A stretch of 64,000 bases of DNA from Candidatus Levybacteria bacterium RIFCSPLOWO2_12_FULL_41_12 (GCA_001784155.1 MFPL01000006.1:87280-151279); one strand, 5' to 3'; shown: positions 50,287 through 57,995, counted from the stretch's first letter. Notes: generated by a model from the letters alone, not told the origin. Program-made: numbers and translations.

Positions 50287-50460
50287 ATGGTTGATATTAA
50301 AAGAGCGAGGGAATTATTAGGCAAAAGGGGCGAGCGGATGACTGATGAGGAAATTATGAGGGTTGAGGAGCAAATGAGAATCTGGGTAAATATAATAATT
50401 GATAGAGTTTTAGAAGATAAAAGAAATGGTGTGATGAAACATAAAAAACCGAGGGTGTAA
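50287..50460 (+). CDS. possible 57-aa small protein
   Basis: ORF not in the track (MVDIKRARELLGKRGERMTDEEIMRVEEQMRIW…). Preferred over the overlapping junk-like minus-strand ORF 50220..50501. Low confidence. Confidence 0.25.
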   Translation: MVDIKRARELLGKRGERMTDEEIMRVEEQMRIWVNIIIDRVLEDKRNGVMKHKKPRV

Positions 50461-50469
50461 CACCCTCGG
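50449..50469 (+). terminator. perfect 9-bp hairpin CCGAGGGTG-taa-CACCCTCGG
   Basis: Seen directly in the sequence. Not followed by a U-run, so at best a weak terminator or a structural element. Confidence 0.35.
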
Positions 50470-50549
50470 TTGACTTCTCGCAGACCCCTCTCTAACCACA
50501 AGCTATTTCCCCGACTTATTGTATATTGTTTTTGTGCTATAATTTAGAT

Positions 50550-51152
50550 ATGAAAAGTGCTACCCCCAAGAAAAAATTAAAAGAGCTAATAGTCTACATC
50601 GCAACTAAATGTAGCAATGACGAAAACTACGGAGAAACTAAACTGAATAAAATTCTTTATTATTCTGACTTTCTTTACTTTTTTAAGACATACAAGCCAA
50701 TCACTGGTCACGAGTATGTGCATCTTCCAAATGGACCAATTCCTAATGATATGAAAAAAATCTTAAAAGAAATGGAAGGAAAGGATATAAGCATTGCAAT
50801 CTCAAGGTCGGGTCCATATACACAACATAGAATAATTGCTTTAAGAGAAGCTGATTTAAGTTTATTTAGTGCGGATATGATTTCCCATGTTGATTCAATT
50901 ATTGATGAGGTCTCCAACAAATATCCTCTGACTGCCAGTCAATTAAGCGAATTGAGCCATAGGAATATGGGTTGGATTGTAACCTCAAACGGAGAAACCA
51001 TTCCGTATCAAACAGTATTTGTAAAAGATAAGAAACACCAAGTTGCAACAGAACGAGAAGTAGGAAAAGCTAAGGAAATAGCAAAGGAGTATGCAGGCAG
51101 GTATGGATACCCCAAAGATACCCAAAACATTAGAGGAGTCTCCTCGTTATAA
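50550..51152 (+). CDS. Panacea-domain (DUF4065, SocA-like) antitoxin
   Basis: 'KLKELIVYIATKCSNDENYGETKLNKILYYSDFLYF…TGHEYVHLPNGPIP' matches the Panacea/DUF4065 pattern. Start chosen at the ATG 6 nt after 'gcTATAAT' (50538-50543). The track start at 50526 is a TTG. Confidence 0.6.
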   Translation: MKSATPKKKLKELIVYIATKCSNDENYGETKLNKILYYSDFLYFFKTYKPITGHEYVHLPNGPIPNDMKKILKEMEGKDISIAISRSGPYTQHRIIALREADLSLFSADMISHVDSIIDEVSNKYPLTASQLSELSHRNMGWIVTSNGETIPYQTVFVKDKKHQVATEREVGKAKEIAKEYAGRYGYPKDTQNIRGVSSL

Positions 51153-51387
51153 ACAGAACATAAAGAAAATCAACAAGAACACAAAAGCTCTTGATGTTCA
51201 TCTTGTTGGTGCAACTTTTACCATTGCTTGTAAAGCAGACGAATATCCTTTGCTTGATGCTTTTGGCACGAGGTCAATAAAAATTGATGGTCAAGGGAAA
51301 ATCCCACCTATAACAATATACTTTAAGGAATTTGAGGAAAAGATTGTTTTACTTGATGTAGAGGAAACACCTGAAATAATTTCTTAA
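51103..51387 (+). CDS. small protein partnered with Panacea antitoxin (candidate toxin, RelE/ParE-like C-terminus?)
   Basis: About 94 aa, overlapping the antitoxin 3' end in a different frame. The C-terminal 'PITIYFKEFEEKIVLLDVEE' is reminiscent of RelE/ParE terminal strands. Inference. Confidence 0.35.
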   Translation: MDTPKIPKTLEESPRYKQNIKKINKNTKALDVHLVGATFTIACKADEYPLLDAFGTRSIKIDGQGKIPPITIYFKEFEEKIVLLDVEETPEIIS

Positions 51388-51440
51388 ACTTAAGACTTAA
51401 GTGGTTATTGGAAGATTGAGGTTGGAATATAGAATTTTTA

Positions 51441-51497
51441 AGTCTTCTAAGCTATAATCAAACTCAATCCCTTTGTTAATGAATAAGTCCTTTAGGG
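51441..51497 (+). repeat. about 57-nt intergenic repeat, copy A (contains TATAAT)
   Basis: 'agtcttctaagcTATAATcaaactcaatccctttgttaatgaataagtccttta' aligns at roughly 85% with copy B at 53093-53152. Confidence 0.8.
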
Positions 51498-51538
51498 GGA
51501 GCCCTGTTAAACTGGACCAACGGTGACGTTTTACGTCA

Positions 51539-51558
51539 TTCGAGTCCTAGTCGCGGAG
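51539..51558 (+). repeat. degenerate direct repeat of tRNA-Asn 3' end (putative attR of the island)
   Basis: 'TTCGAGTCCTAGTCGCGGAG' versus the tRNA 'TTCGAATCCTAGCTGCGGAG': T-loop, T-stem 3' strand and acceptor 3' strand. A further 'GGAGCCCTGTT' at 51498-51508 matches the tRNA 3' end plus its flank. Confidence 0.6.
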
Positions 51559-51618
51559 CAATCTTTCGCTAAAACTACAGAATTGCATGCAGTTACGTAG
51601 TAAAATACGAAGTGTTGC

Positions 51619-51930
51619 ATGCATTACTGTTATATTCTGCTAAGTTCAAAATCCCACACATTTTATTTTGGTTCAACTAATAATTTAAAAATAAGATTAA
51701 CTCTTCATAATAATGGCGAGGTAAGGTCAACAAAGCCACACATTCCTTGGAAACTTGTTTGGTATGGAGGATTTCAGACAGAAAAGGAAGCTAGAGATTT
51801 TGAACTTTATCTAAAAACAGGGTCAGGAAAAGCATTTGCATACAAAAGATTAGTCAATGTAGCTTTGGAGAAAGATTTTTCGAGTGGCAGACGTAGTAGT
51901 CCGAAGTCAAAAAAGACGAAGGATACCTAG
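51619..51930 (+). CDS. GIY-YIG nuclease-family protein (paralogue of 40677..40919)
   Basis: 103 aa. 'YCYILLSSKSHTFYFGSTNNLKIRLTLHNNG…STKPHIPWKLVWYGGFQTEKEARDFELYLKTGSG' aligns position-by-position with the upstream paralogue. Confidence 0.75.
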   Translation: MHYCYILLSSKSHTFYFGSTNNLKIRLTLHNNGEVRSTKPHIPWKLVWYGGFQTEKEARDFELYLKTGSGKAFAYKRLVNVALEKDFSSGRRSSPKSKKTKDT

Positions 51931-51941
51931 TCACGGAGCAA
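51926..51941 (+). repeat. tRNA-3'-end-like motif 'CCTAGTCACGGAGCAA' (copy 2)
   Basis: Shares the CCTAG…CGGAGCAA core with 51539-51560 and 52538-52562. Overlaps the stop codon of the GIY-YIG gene. Confidence 0.5.
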
Positions 51942-52017
51942 GTTAACCATTGCCTTGAATATTTTTTTCTGGTTCACGCCTCTTTTTTATGCTAAAATCA
52001 GTCTTGTGGAAGAAGCA

Positions 52018-52476
52018 ATGCCTAGAGGTAAACTCACGGCTGTTAAAGAAAGTCTTGAAGATAATCTGCTTTGGAATGGGCCGCAAAGTGTTGGTACTGC
52101 CCGCGTACTCCACGTCGAACACCCGATGCATGACATGGTATTTATTGACTGTGGTGGCGATGATATTACTGCTCATGAGTTTGTATTTACTGCTCCGGGT
52201 AAAATAAAAAAAAATCAAATTGTCGAAGTTATTGTTAGGACAAAAAAACAACTAAGAAAACCGTTTACATTTCCTGATTGTCAGGTAGCTATTAGACCCT
52301 ATACACAAGAAACCTATGGGAAAATAACAGCTGAGGATAGGGCTACATTAAGACCTACGTTTGAATATGATTCTAACAGAAAAGATGCTTTTTTCTCGCG
52401 AGCTTTTTATCGAAGATTCTTCCCCGGAGGAAGAAGCACTCTTAAACCTTTTCCTGATGTATCAGGTTCTGAATGA
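52018..52476 (+). CDS. hypothetical protein
   Basis: Start taken at the internal ATG (MPRGKL…), preceded by 'gcTAAAAT'. No domain recognised. Confidence 0.45.
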   Translation: MPRGKLTAVKESLEDNLLWNGPQSVGTARVLHVEHPMHDMVFIDCGGDDITAHEFVFTAPGKIKKNQIVEVIVRTKKQLRKPFTFPDCQVAIRPYTQETYGKITAEDRATLRPTFEYDSNRKDAFFSRAFYRRFFPGGRSTLKPFPDVSGSE

Positions 52477-52537
52477 TTATTGTAATTACAAAAATTAATT
52501 GCCGATTATAGGACTCAAACGAACTATAGCGTTGAAG

Positions 52538-52562
52538 GGTCCTAAGTAGGCTCGCGGAGCAA
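52538..52562 (+). repeat. tRNA-3'-end-like motif 'GGGTCCTAAGTAGGCTCGCGGAGCAA' (copy 3)
   Basis: Same CGCGGAGCAA core. Lies in the intergenic region. Confidence 0.5.
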
Positions 52563-52596
52563 CTTAGCCTCAGAATAAAGTGATATAATCTAATTT

Positions 52597-53082
52597 ATGA
52601 AACCAAAATTTATTCCCCAAGAGCTATTTGATTTTATAGATAGAGCAGGAAAAGCAACTTATGCAGGCGGTGGAAAATATGAGCAGAATCCAGAAAGACC
52701 TGGATTTTTTGAATTAGTTTACGATAAAGAATTACCTTGGTATTACAGAGATAGCTATGCGGGACATTCCAGATCTGGAGGACAAGAAGTTGTTAGGTTA
52801 AATGATGAACCAATTTGGTGGTCAGGTTATGGTGGAGGTATGGTTGAAGGAAAAGAAAATATGTCCGACCAAACTTTTGATTTCCTCAAGAAAGCGTTAT
52901 CACAAGACGAAGAAGGATTTGGATCTTTAAGAGGTCCGCATGAATTAACAGATGGAGATTGGAAATATACCTATACCCAAGACGGAGATATTACAGATTT
53001 TTATGGATATGAAGAAATTTCTTATAAAGGAGAGCGAGTATTCTGGCATAGGGCGGTTGGAGGGATACTAAAGCATAAATAG
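52597..53082 (+). CDS. hypothetical protein
   Basis: 161 aa, preceded by TATAAT at 52584-52589. Gly/Tyr/Trp-rich. No confident family. Confidence 0.5.
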   Translation: MKPKFIPQELFDFIDRAGKATYAGGGKYEQNPERPGFFELVYDKELPWYYRDSYAGHSRSGGQEVVRLNDEPIWWSGYGGGMVEGKENMSDQTFDFLKKALSQDEEGFGSLRGPHELTDGDWKYTYTQDGDITDFYGYEEISYKGERVFWHRAVGGILKHK

Positions 53083-53092
53083 AGCTTTTTCA

Positions 53093-53152
53093 AATCTTCT
53101 AGACTATAATCAAACTCAATCCTTCTGTTGATGAATAAGACCTTCAGGCGGA
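53093..53152 (+). repeat. about 57-nt intergenic repeat, copy B (contains TATAAT and a 'GGCGGAGCA' motif)
   Basis: 'aatcttctagacTATAATcaaactcaatccttctgttgatgaataagaccttcaggcggagc'. Confidence 0.8.
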
Positions 53153-53213
53153 GCACGAGTCGATAATTATCGCTAAAAATAGTATAATATAAAGTAAGAA
53201 AGGAGGTATATTA

Positions 53214-53411
53214 ATGAACGGAACAATTAAAACAAAAACAGATAGAGGATTTGGATTCATTTCTCGAGAAGGAGAGCCAAAAGATCTTTTCTTTCATTCT
53301 AATGATTTAGTCGGAGTTACTTTTGACGAGCTTCAGGTTGGAGCAGCAGTAACATTTGATGTTGTTGATGGCGAAAAGGGTCAAAGTGCAAAAAACGTAA
53401 AGCTTGCTTAA
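53214..53411 (+). CDS. cspA: cold-shock protein (CSD)
   Basis: 65 aa. 'GTIKTKTDRGFGFISREGEPKDLFFH' contains the RNP1-like 'KGFGFI' motif. SD 'aaggagg' lies upstream. Confidence 0.85.
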   Translation: MNGTIKTKTDRGFGFISREGEPKDLFFHSNDLVGVTFDELQVGAAVTFDVVDGEKGQSAKNVKLA

Positions 53412-53502
53412 AATTAATAAGAGAAGCGGATTCAAAACGACACTCAAGAAAATTTTTACAACTCTTATTCCACGCGGTAAATTAGCTTAAAAATCTTCTG
53501 CT

Positions 53503-53508
53503 ATAATC
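53503..53508 (+). promoter_or_regulatory. -10 box (gcTATAAT) 5 nt before ATG, implying leaderless mRNA
   Basis: 'tctgcTATAATcacaccATG'. The same arrangement recurs at 50538, 52584, 55862, 56992 and 57318. Confidence 0.45.
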
Positions 53509-53513
53509 ACACC

Positions 53514-53933
53514 ATGAAAAAACTTGTCACTTCAGACAAGGTATATATTGGGAAGTCGAAGATTGTAGGGGCTGGTAGAGGAGTCTTTGCGGGGCGTAAT
53601 ATCAAAAAAGGCGAACTTATTGAAAAATGCCCGATTATTGAAATCCCCAAACATGATTTTTCCAGTCTAAGAGAGAGTGTTCTTGTTACTTATTTTTTCT
53701 ATTTCGGCAAAAAAAAAGAGCGTTTGGTAGTTGCGTTGGGTTTTGGATCAATATATAACCACTCGTATCAACCAAACGCCAAATATAAGATAAATCATAC
53801 AGAAAAGACAATTGATTTTACTGCTTTAAGAGATATCGAGAAGGATGATGAGATAACGGTTAATTACAATTCGGGAAATTCAAAAGATAAGAGTCCGTTA
53901 TGGTTTGAAGTGGTTCCAACTCGCAAGATTTGA
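53514..53933 (+). CDS. SET-domain protein (putative protein-lysine methyltransferase)
   Basis: 139 aa. 'GAGRGVFAGRNIKKGELI', 'NHSYQPN' (compare NHSCxPN) and 'DDEITVNY' (compare GEELTxxY). Confidence 0.65.
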   Translation: MKKLVTSDKVYIGKSKIVGAGRGVFAGRNIKKGELIEKCPIIEIPKHDFSSLRESVLVTYFFYFGKKKERLVVALGFGSIYNHSYQPNAKYKINHTEKTIDFTALRDIEKDDEITVNYNSGNSKDKSPLWFEVVPTRKI

Positions 53934-53968
53934 AATATATAAGTGTGAGGGTATATACTTTTCTTACC

Positions 53969-54045
53969 CATGACTAAGAATCCTTTTGCTAATACTACTG
54001 GAGCGACGTTGCATAGCATTAATATCCAAATTTTTGGGAGATAAG
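53969..54045 (+). pseudogene. truncated duplicate of the 5' end of gene 55874 (ATGACTAAGAATCCTTTTG…)
   Basis: The first 30 nt or so are nearly identical to the 55874 start ('MTKNPFANT' versus 'MTKNPFVNA'). The reading frame terminates after 25 codons. Confidence 0.5.
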
Positions 54046-55590
54046 TTGCTCTAGTTCGCTATTTGTTCCCTCGTAGCCGACCGCCCAAACTCCAATACCT
54101 TTTAGATTTCTTTCATTGACCAGGTCGTATTTAAGTCCTAATGAACGAACGTTATCAAAATAAACTTTATGAGTTTTATTTTGTCCATCAACGTATTGGT
54201 ACCATGGGGTTCCTGATGCAGAATCCCATTGTAAATTATTGAACGCATTGGTGCCTACAATATCAGCATAGGATAGAATACCAGTTGTGCCTGGGGATGG
54301 ATCACTTATCACCCAATCATATCCATAATAAGGTACTGCCAAAATAATCTTTTCGGCAGGAACTCGCTGCAGGTAATTGGCTAAATAGCCGACTATACTT
54401 TGTTCCCCAGTAAGAGGTGCTACCGGGCCCGGAGCAGTATATGGCGTATGAAAATCATAGCCCATGATAATAAACGTATCAACAACGTGTGCGAGAGTTG
54501 GTAAATCAAATAGGTCATTACCCACTCCCGAAGAAGCATAAGTATCAATAGTTAAGCTTGCTGTTGGAAACTCTTTTTTTAACTCTGTGTTAAGAGCTCC
54601 AACAAAATTAGTAAATCCGTTTCGAGCACTTTCAGACGGAGTGCCGACGTATTCGAAGTCAAGGTTAACTCCGTCTAAGTTTTTTGAGCCAACCATGTAA
54701 ACAATATTTGAAATTAATTTTTTTTGAGCATCAGTAGAAGAGAGCATTGCCTCCATGCGACGATTGGAAAACATTTTTATAGTTATATTGGTACGAACTT
54801 GCTTTTTCTTCAGGGTATCGATAACTGAAGGTAGTTTTGGATTATTCCACATTGCCCATCCCTGATCAGCACTGCCTTGAGCATCTGTAATAATAATATT
54901 TCCCTCACCGTCTGGTTCAATCCCGAATAAATTAGCTGACGTAAGCTGCTCAACCCTAAGCTTATCGAATGAGCCTATTACCCAATATGGTATAAATCCG
55001 ACAACTTCCCTCTTTGGCCGTATCGAGGGGCCAAGCTTAATGTCTTTAACGGGATAGGAAAATACCTTTTCCATCTTAACTGGTAATTCATTTGCATAAA
55101 CTTTTCTAACAAGACCTCCCGAGGGAGACGTCGGCAAAGGGGTATCATTTTGTACGACCGGTTTGGGAATAACGTAGATTATCTCTTTTTCTCTTTTTTG
55201 CGTTGGTACAAAAAATATGAAGGCTAGCATTACAGCAAGGGCTATGAAATAAAATACTAAAAAGAGTAATGTGTGACTTTTTCCCATAGCCTGTTGGGGG
55301 GTTGATAAGGGAACTATCGGGTGCGGAGCGTGTTTTGTTGCCTCTACAACAATATCTTTTATGTACTTATCGGGGATTCCGATTATTTTCAACCGAAACG
55401 CAAGTTGATCGGGATCGCGTAGGTATTCTGGATGCTCTGCAATGTATTGCCTAGCAAAGTCGGTATATTTGTTTTTCATGCTATTCTTGAGCTTCATCGC
55501 AGATGAGCTTAGGCTTTGGTTGACAGGAGGGTTTACCCGAACATTCGCTGAAATCAACTGCAAGATGGCAATTTGGGGGCAAAGCCTCAC
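54019..55590 (-). CDS. membrane-anchored glycoside hydrolase family 18 protein
   Basis: 523 aa. TM helix, then a GH18 domain with 'DGVNLDFEY' (the DxxDxDxE catalytic motif). The true start may be the internal Met at about 55497. Confidence 0.65.
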   Translation of the reverse strand: MRLCPQIAILQLISANVRVNPPVNQSLSSSAMKLKNSMKNKYTDFARQYIAEHPEYLRDPDQLAFRLKIIGIPDKYIKDIVVEATKHAPHPIVPLSTPQQAMGKSHTLLFLVFYFIALAVMLAFIFFVPTQKREKEIIYVIPKPVVQNDTPLPTSPSGGLVRKVYANELPVKMEKVFSYPVKDIKLGPSIRPKREVVGFIPYWVIGSFDKLRVEQLTSANLFGIEPDGEGNIIITDAQGSADQGWAMWNNPKLPSVIDTLKKKQVRTNITIKMFSNRRMEAMLSSTDAQKKLISNIVYMVGSKNLDGVNLDFEYVGTPSESARNGFTNFVGALNTELKKEFPTASLTIDTYASSGVGNDLFDLPTLAHVVDTFIIMGYDFHTPYTAPGPVAPLTGEQSIVGYLANYLQRVPAEKIILAVPYYGYDWVISDPSPGTTGILSYADIVGTNAFNNLQWDSASGTPWYQYVDGQNKTHKVYFDNVRSLGLKYDLVNERNLKGIGVWAVGYEGTNSELEQLISQKFGY

Positions 55591-55792
55591 TTACCGTGGG
55601 GGTCTGTGTTGATGCATAGTTATCAGACTGGAATAACTCTCCCCAAGTTTTTGTCACAATAATGGGGACTAAAAGAATAATAATAATCGTCAGCTTGGTA
55701 AAAAGACTTAATCCAACAATTTCCATCCATACTAATTTGAAAACGCTGGTTTTCTTCCCTCCTAATTTTCCAAAGGAAATAATCTCTGCCAT
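55481..55792 (-). CDS. small membrane protein with Cys-rich C-terminus
   Basis: 103 aa with one TM helix. Overlaps the annotated GH18 start. Weak evidence. Confidence 0.3.
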   Translation of the reverse strand: MAEIISFGKLGGKKTSVFKLVWMEIVGLSLFTKLTIIIILLVPIIVTKTWGELFQSDNYASTQTPTVSEALPPNCHLAVDFSECSGKPSCQPKPKLICDEAQE

Positions 55793-55873
55793 ATAGTTAT
55801 TTTAGTGCAAAGCGCCCAATAATAAAAGTCAAGCTTAGTGGGAGTTACGTCTTAGCTTTGCTATAATTGCCCT

Positions 55874-56179
55874 ATGACTAAGAATCCTTTTGTTAATGCT
55901 GGGGCTGCAACAGCATATATAGTTTTAATTGCCTGTGTTATGTATTATGGAACACAGTATGTTCGTCCGGGTAATTCGGTTATGGCTCCCATCGCTGCGC
56001 TTTCTCTTTTTTCTCTCTCTGCCGCGGTAATGGGGTACATTTTTTTATTCCAACCCCTCCAGCTTTATCTTGATGGAAAGAAAAAAGTGGCGGTAAATCT
56101 TTTTCTCCAAACGGTTGCAGTATTTGCAGGAATTACGACTCTTATCCTCATCCTCTTTTTCTCAGGGAGCGTGTATTAA
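55874..56179 (+). CDS. small membrane protein (3 TM)
   Basis: 101 aa, hydrophobic. Preceded by 'gcTATAATtgccct'. Confidence 0.4.
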   Translation: MTKNPFVNAGAATAYIVLIACVMYYGTQYVRPGNSVMAPIAALSLFSLSAAVMGYIFLFQPLQLYLDGKKKVAVNLFLQTVAVFAGITTLILILFFSGSVY

Positions 56180-56255
56180 AATTTGGCCTCATCATTTCCG
56201 AGAAAATTACAAACGAATTGATAAATCAGGCTTTTCGTGTTAATATCCCAGCATT

Positions 56256-56996
56256 ATGGCACCTCAAGAAGGAAGTTTGGGAAGAACGGCAAGCCTAGCT
56301 TCTCCCGATGGACTAAATCTGTCTGCAAGACCACAACTAAAGGAAACAACTTATGACGGGACCACCTATGTTGCTCCGAGCTGGGAGGAGATGGGTTCCT
56401 ATACCCGTGATTTGGCGCAACAGATAATTAGATCAGGTCAATCATTTGATAGAATAGTAGCGCTTGCAAAAGGAGGATGGACTTGGGCGAGGACATTGGC
56501 CGATTATTTAAAAATGGATCAGCTATCTTCAGTGAGAATAAAAAGATACGGTGATGTAAATCAATCAGGGGAGCCAGTGATACTCCAGCCATTGACAGAT
56601 TCTGTTCACGGAGAAGTAGTTCTTTTGTTTGACGAAGTTATTGATGAGGGTCCTACAATTAGAAAAGGGCAAGAGCTTTTAAGGGTAATGGGAGCTGCGG
56701 AAATCTACACAGCAGCGCTTTGTTATAAGCCCCACTCGGTAGTTAGACCCGATTTCTTCGAGCTTGAAACAACAGCTTGGGTAGTTTTCCCTCACGAAGC
56801 AAGGGAATTTATTGAAGGGGAAGGTAAAAAATGGCTTGCTGCGGGACTATCTATGGATGAGGTTGAAGACAGATTCTTCGAGATTGGTCTTCATCCCGAA
56901 GACATCGAACAATACTTCACTCCATTAAGAAATTTGGATATTCAGACAACTTTAGGAATTGTAACAGGAGAATCAAAATATACCTCTCTGCTATAA
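56256..56996 (+). CDS. phosphoribosyltransferase-family protein
   Basis: PRPP-binding motif 'VVLLFDEVIDEGPTI'. The start is uncertain (internal Met at about 56388). Confidence 0.55.
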   Translation: MAPQEGSLGRTASLASPDGLNLSARPQLKETTYDGTTYVAPSWEEMGSYTRDLAQQIIRSGQSFDRIVALAKGGWTWARTLADYLKMDQLSSVRIKRYGDVNQSGEPVILQPLTDSVHGEVVLLFDEVIDEGPTIRKGQELLRVMGAAEIYTAALCYKPHSVVRPDFFELETTAWVVFPHEAREFIEGEGKKWLAAGLSMDEVEDRFFEIGLHPEDIEQYFTPLRNLDIQTTLGIVTGESKYTSLL

Positions 56997-57003
56997 TTGC
57001 CGT

Positions 57004-57294
57004 GTGGGAGAAAGTAAAAGCCCTTATAAAAATTTCTCTAAGGAAGAATTAATCTTAAGAGATCACTTAGCTATTGATAGAACAATTTTGGCAAATGATC
57101 GAACTTTTCTTTCCTATGTCAGAACTTCCCTAGCTATCATTGCAGCGGGGGGAGCAGTAATTCATTTTTTTGAAGGAGAATGGATTAAGACAGGCGGTAT
57201 TGCCTTAGCATTGATAGGAATAGCAATTCTTATGGTAGGCTATGTTAGGTATAAAAAAATGGATAGGCTAATTAAGCAGGTAAAACGGGCTTAG
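57004..57294 (+). CDS. DUF202/YidH-family membrane protein
   Basis: 96 aa with a GTG start. 'ANDRTFLSYVRTSLAIIAAG' matches the DUF202 signature. Confidence 0.5.
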   Translation: MGESKSPYKNFSKEELILRDHLAIDRTILANDRTFLSYVRTSLAIIAAGGAVIHFFEGEWIKTGGIALALIGIAILMVGYVRYKKMDRLIKQVKRA

Positions 57295-57329
57295 TATTTA
57301 GTTCTGGAAATTATTGTTATAATTGCCTC

Positions 57330-57977
57330 ATGTTAAAAGCAGTTCTTTTTGATGTTGACGGGGTTCTCCTCGATTCCTTCGAAGCAAATCTTAAGTTTTA
57401 TCAGGATTTAATGAAGCACGCAGGTCATAGATCACCAACGAGAGAAGAGTATAGGCCGTTTTTTCATTTATCCATGCGAGATTTAATTCCAAAATTCAGT
57501 GGATTAACAGAAGAGGATGAAATAAATAAAATTTGGGAGATCGGCAGAAAAAGAGAAGTAAGGTATCCTGATGAGTTAGTGAAAATGCCAAGCGATATAG
57601 AAGAAGCTATAGGAAGTCTTGGTGAAAAATATATATTGGGAATCGTTACCGGCCGTGTTAAGGAAAATATCTTAAAAACTGGAGGTTTAGAAAAGTTAAA
57701 AAAACTTTTTACTGTTGTTGTGGGTTACCAGGATACAGAGAATCATAAACCAGACCCAGAACCTCTTCTATTTGCCTGTAAGAAGCTTAAGATAAAGCCG
57801 AGCGAGGCAGTCTATGTAGGGGATGCGGAGGGTGATATTACAGCCGGAAAATCTGCTGGGATGAAGACAATTCTTTTTCACCCAGACAATAAATTCGATA
57901 ACGCCGATGCACACGCCTCATCCTTTAAAGATCTCCCTGGGGTTATTGAAGCGATCAGCCACAGCCTTTTGATTTAA
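57330..57977 (+). CDS. HAD-superfamily hydrolase (phosphatase, subfamily IA)
   Basis: 'LFDVDGVLLDS' and 'VGDAEGDITAGKSAGM'. Confidence 0.75.
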   Translation: MLKAVLFDVDGVLLDSFEANLKFYQDLMKHAGHRSPTREEYRPFFHLSMRDLIPKFSGLTEEDEINKIWEIGRKREVRYPDELVKMPSDIEEAIGSLGEKYILGIVTGRVKENILKTGGLEKLKKLFTVVVGYQDTENHKPDPEPLLFACKKLKIKPSEAVYVGDAEGDITAGKSAGMKTILFHPDNKFDNADAHASSFKDLPGVIEAISHSLLI

Positions 57978-57995
57978 CGAAGAGGGACTAATTCT

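Noticed and set aside
50220-50501. 93-aa minus-strand ORF
   Set aside because: It has a hydrophobic, low-complexity junk-like sequence and overlaps the start of the 468-aa gene. The plus-strand 57-aa ORF and the hairpin better explain this spacer.
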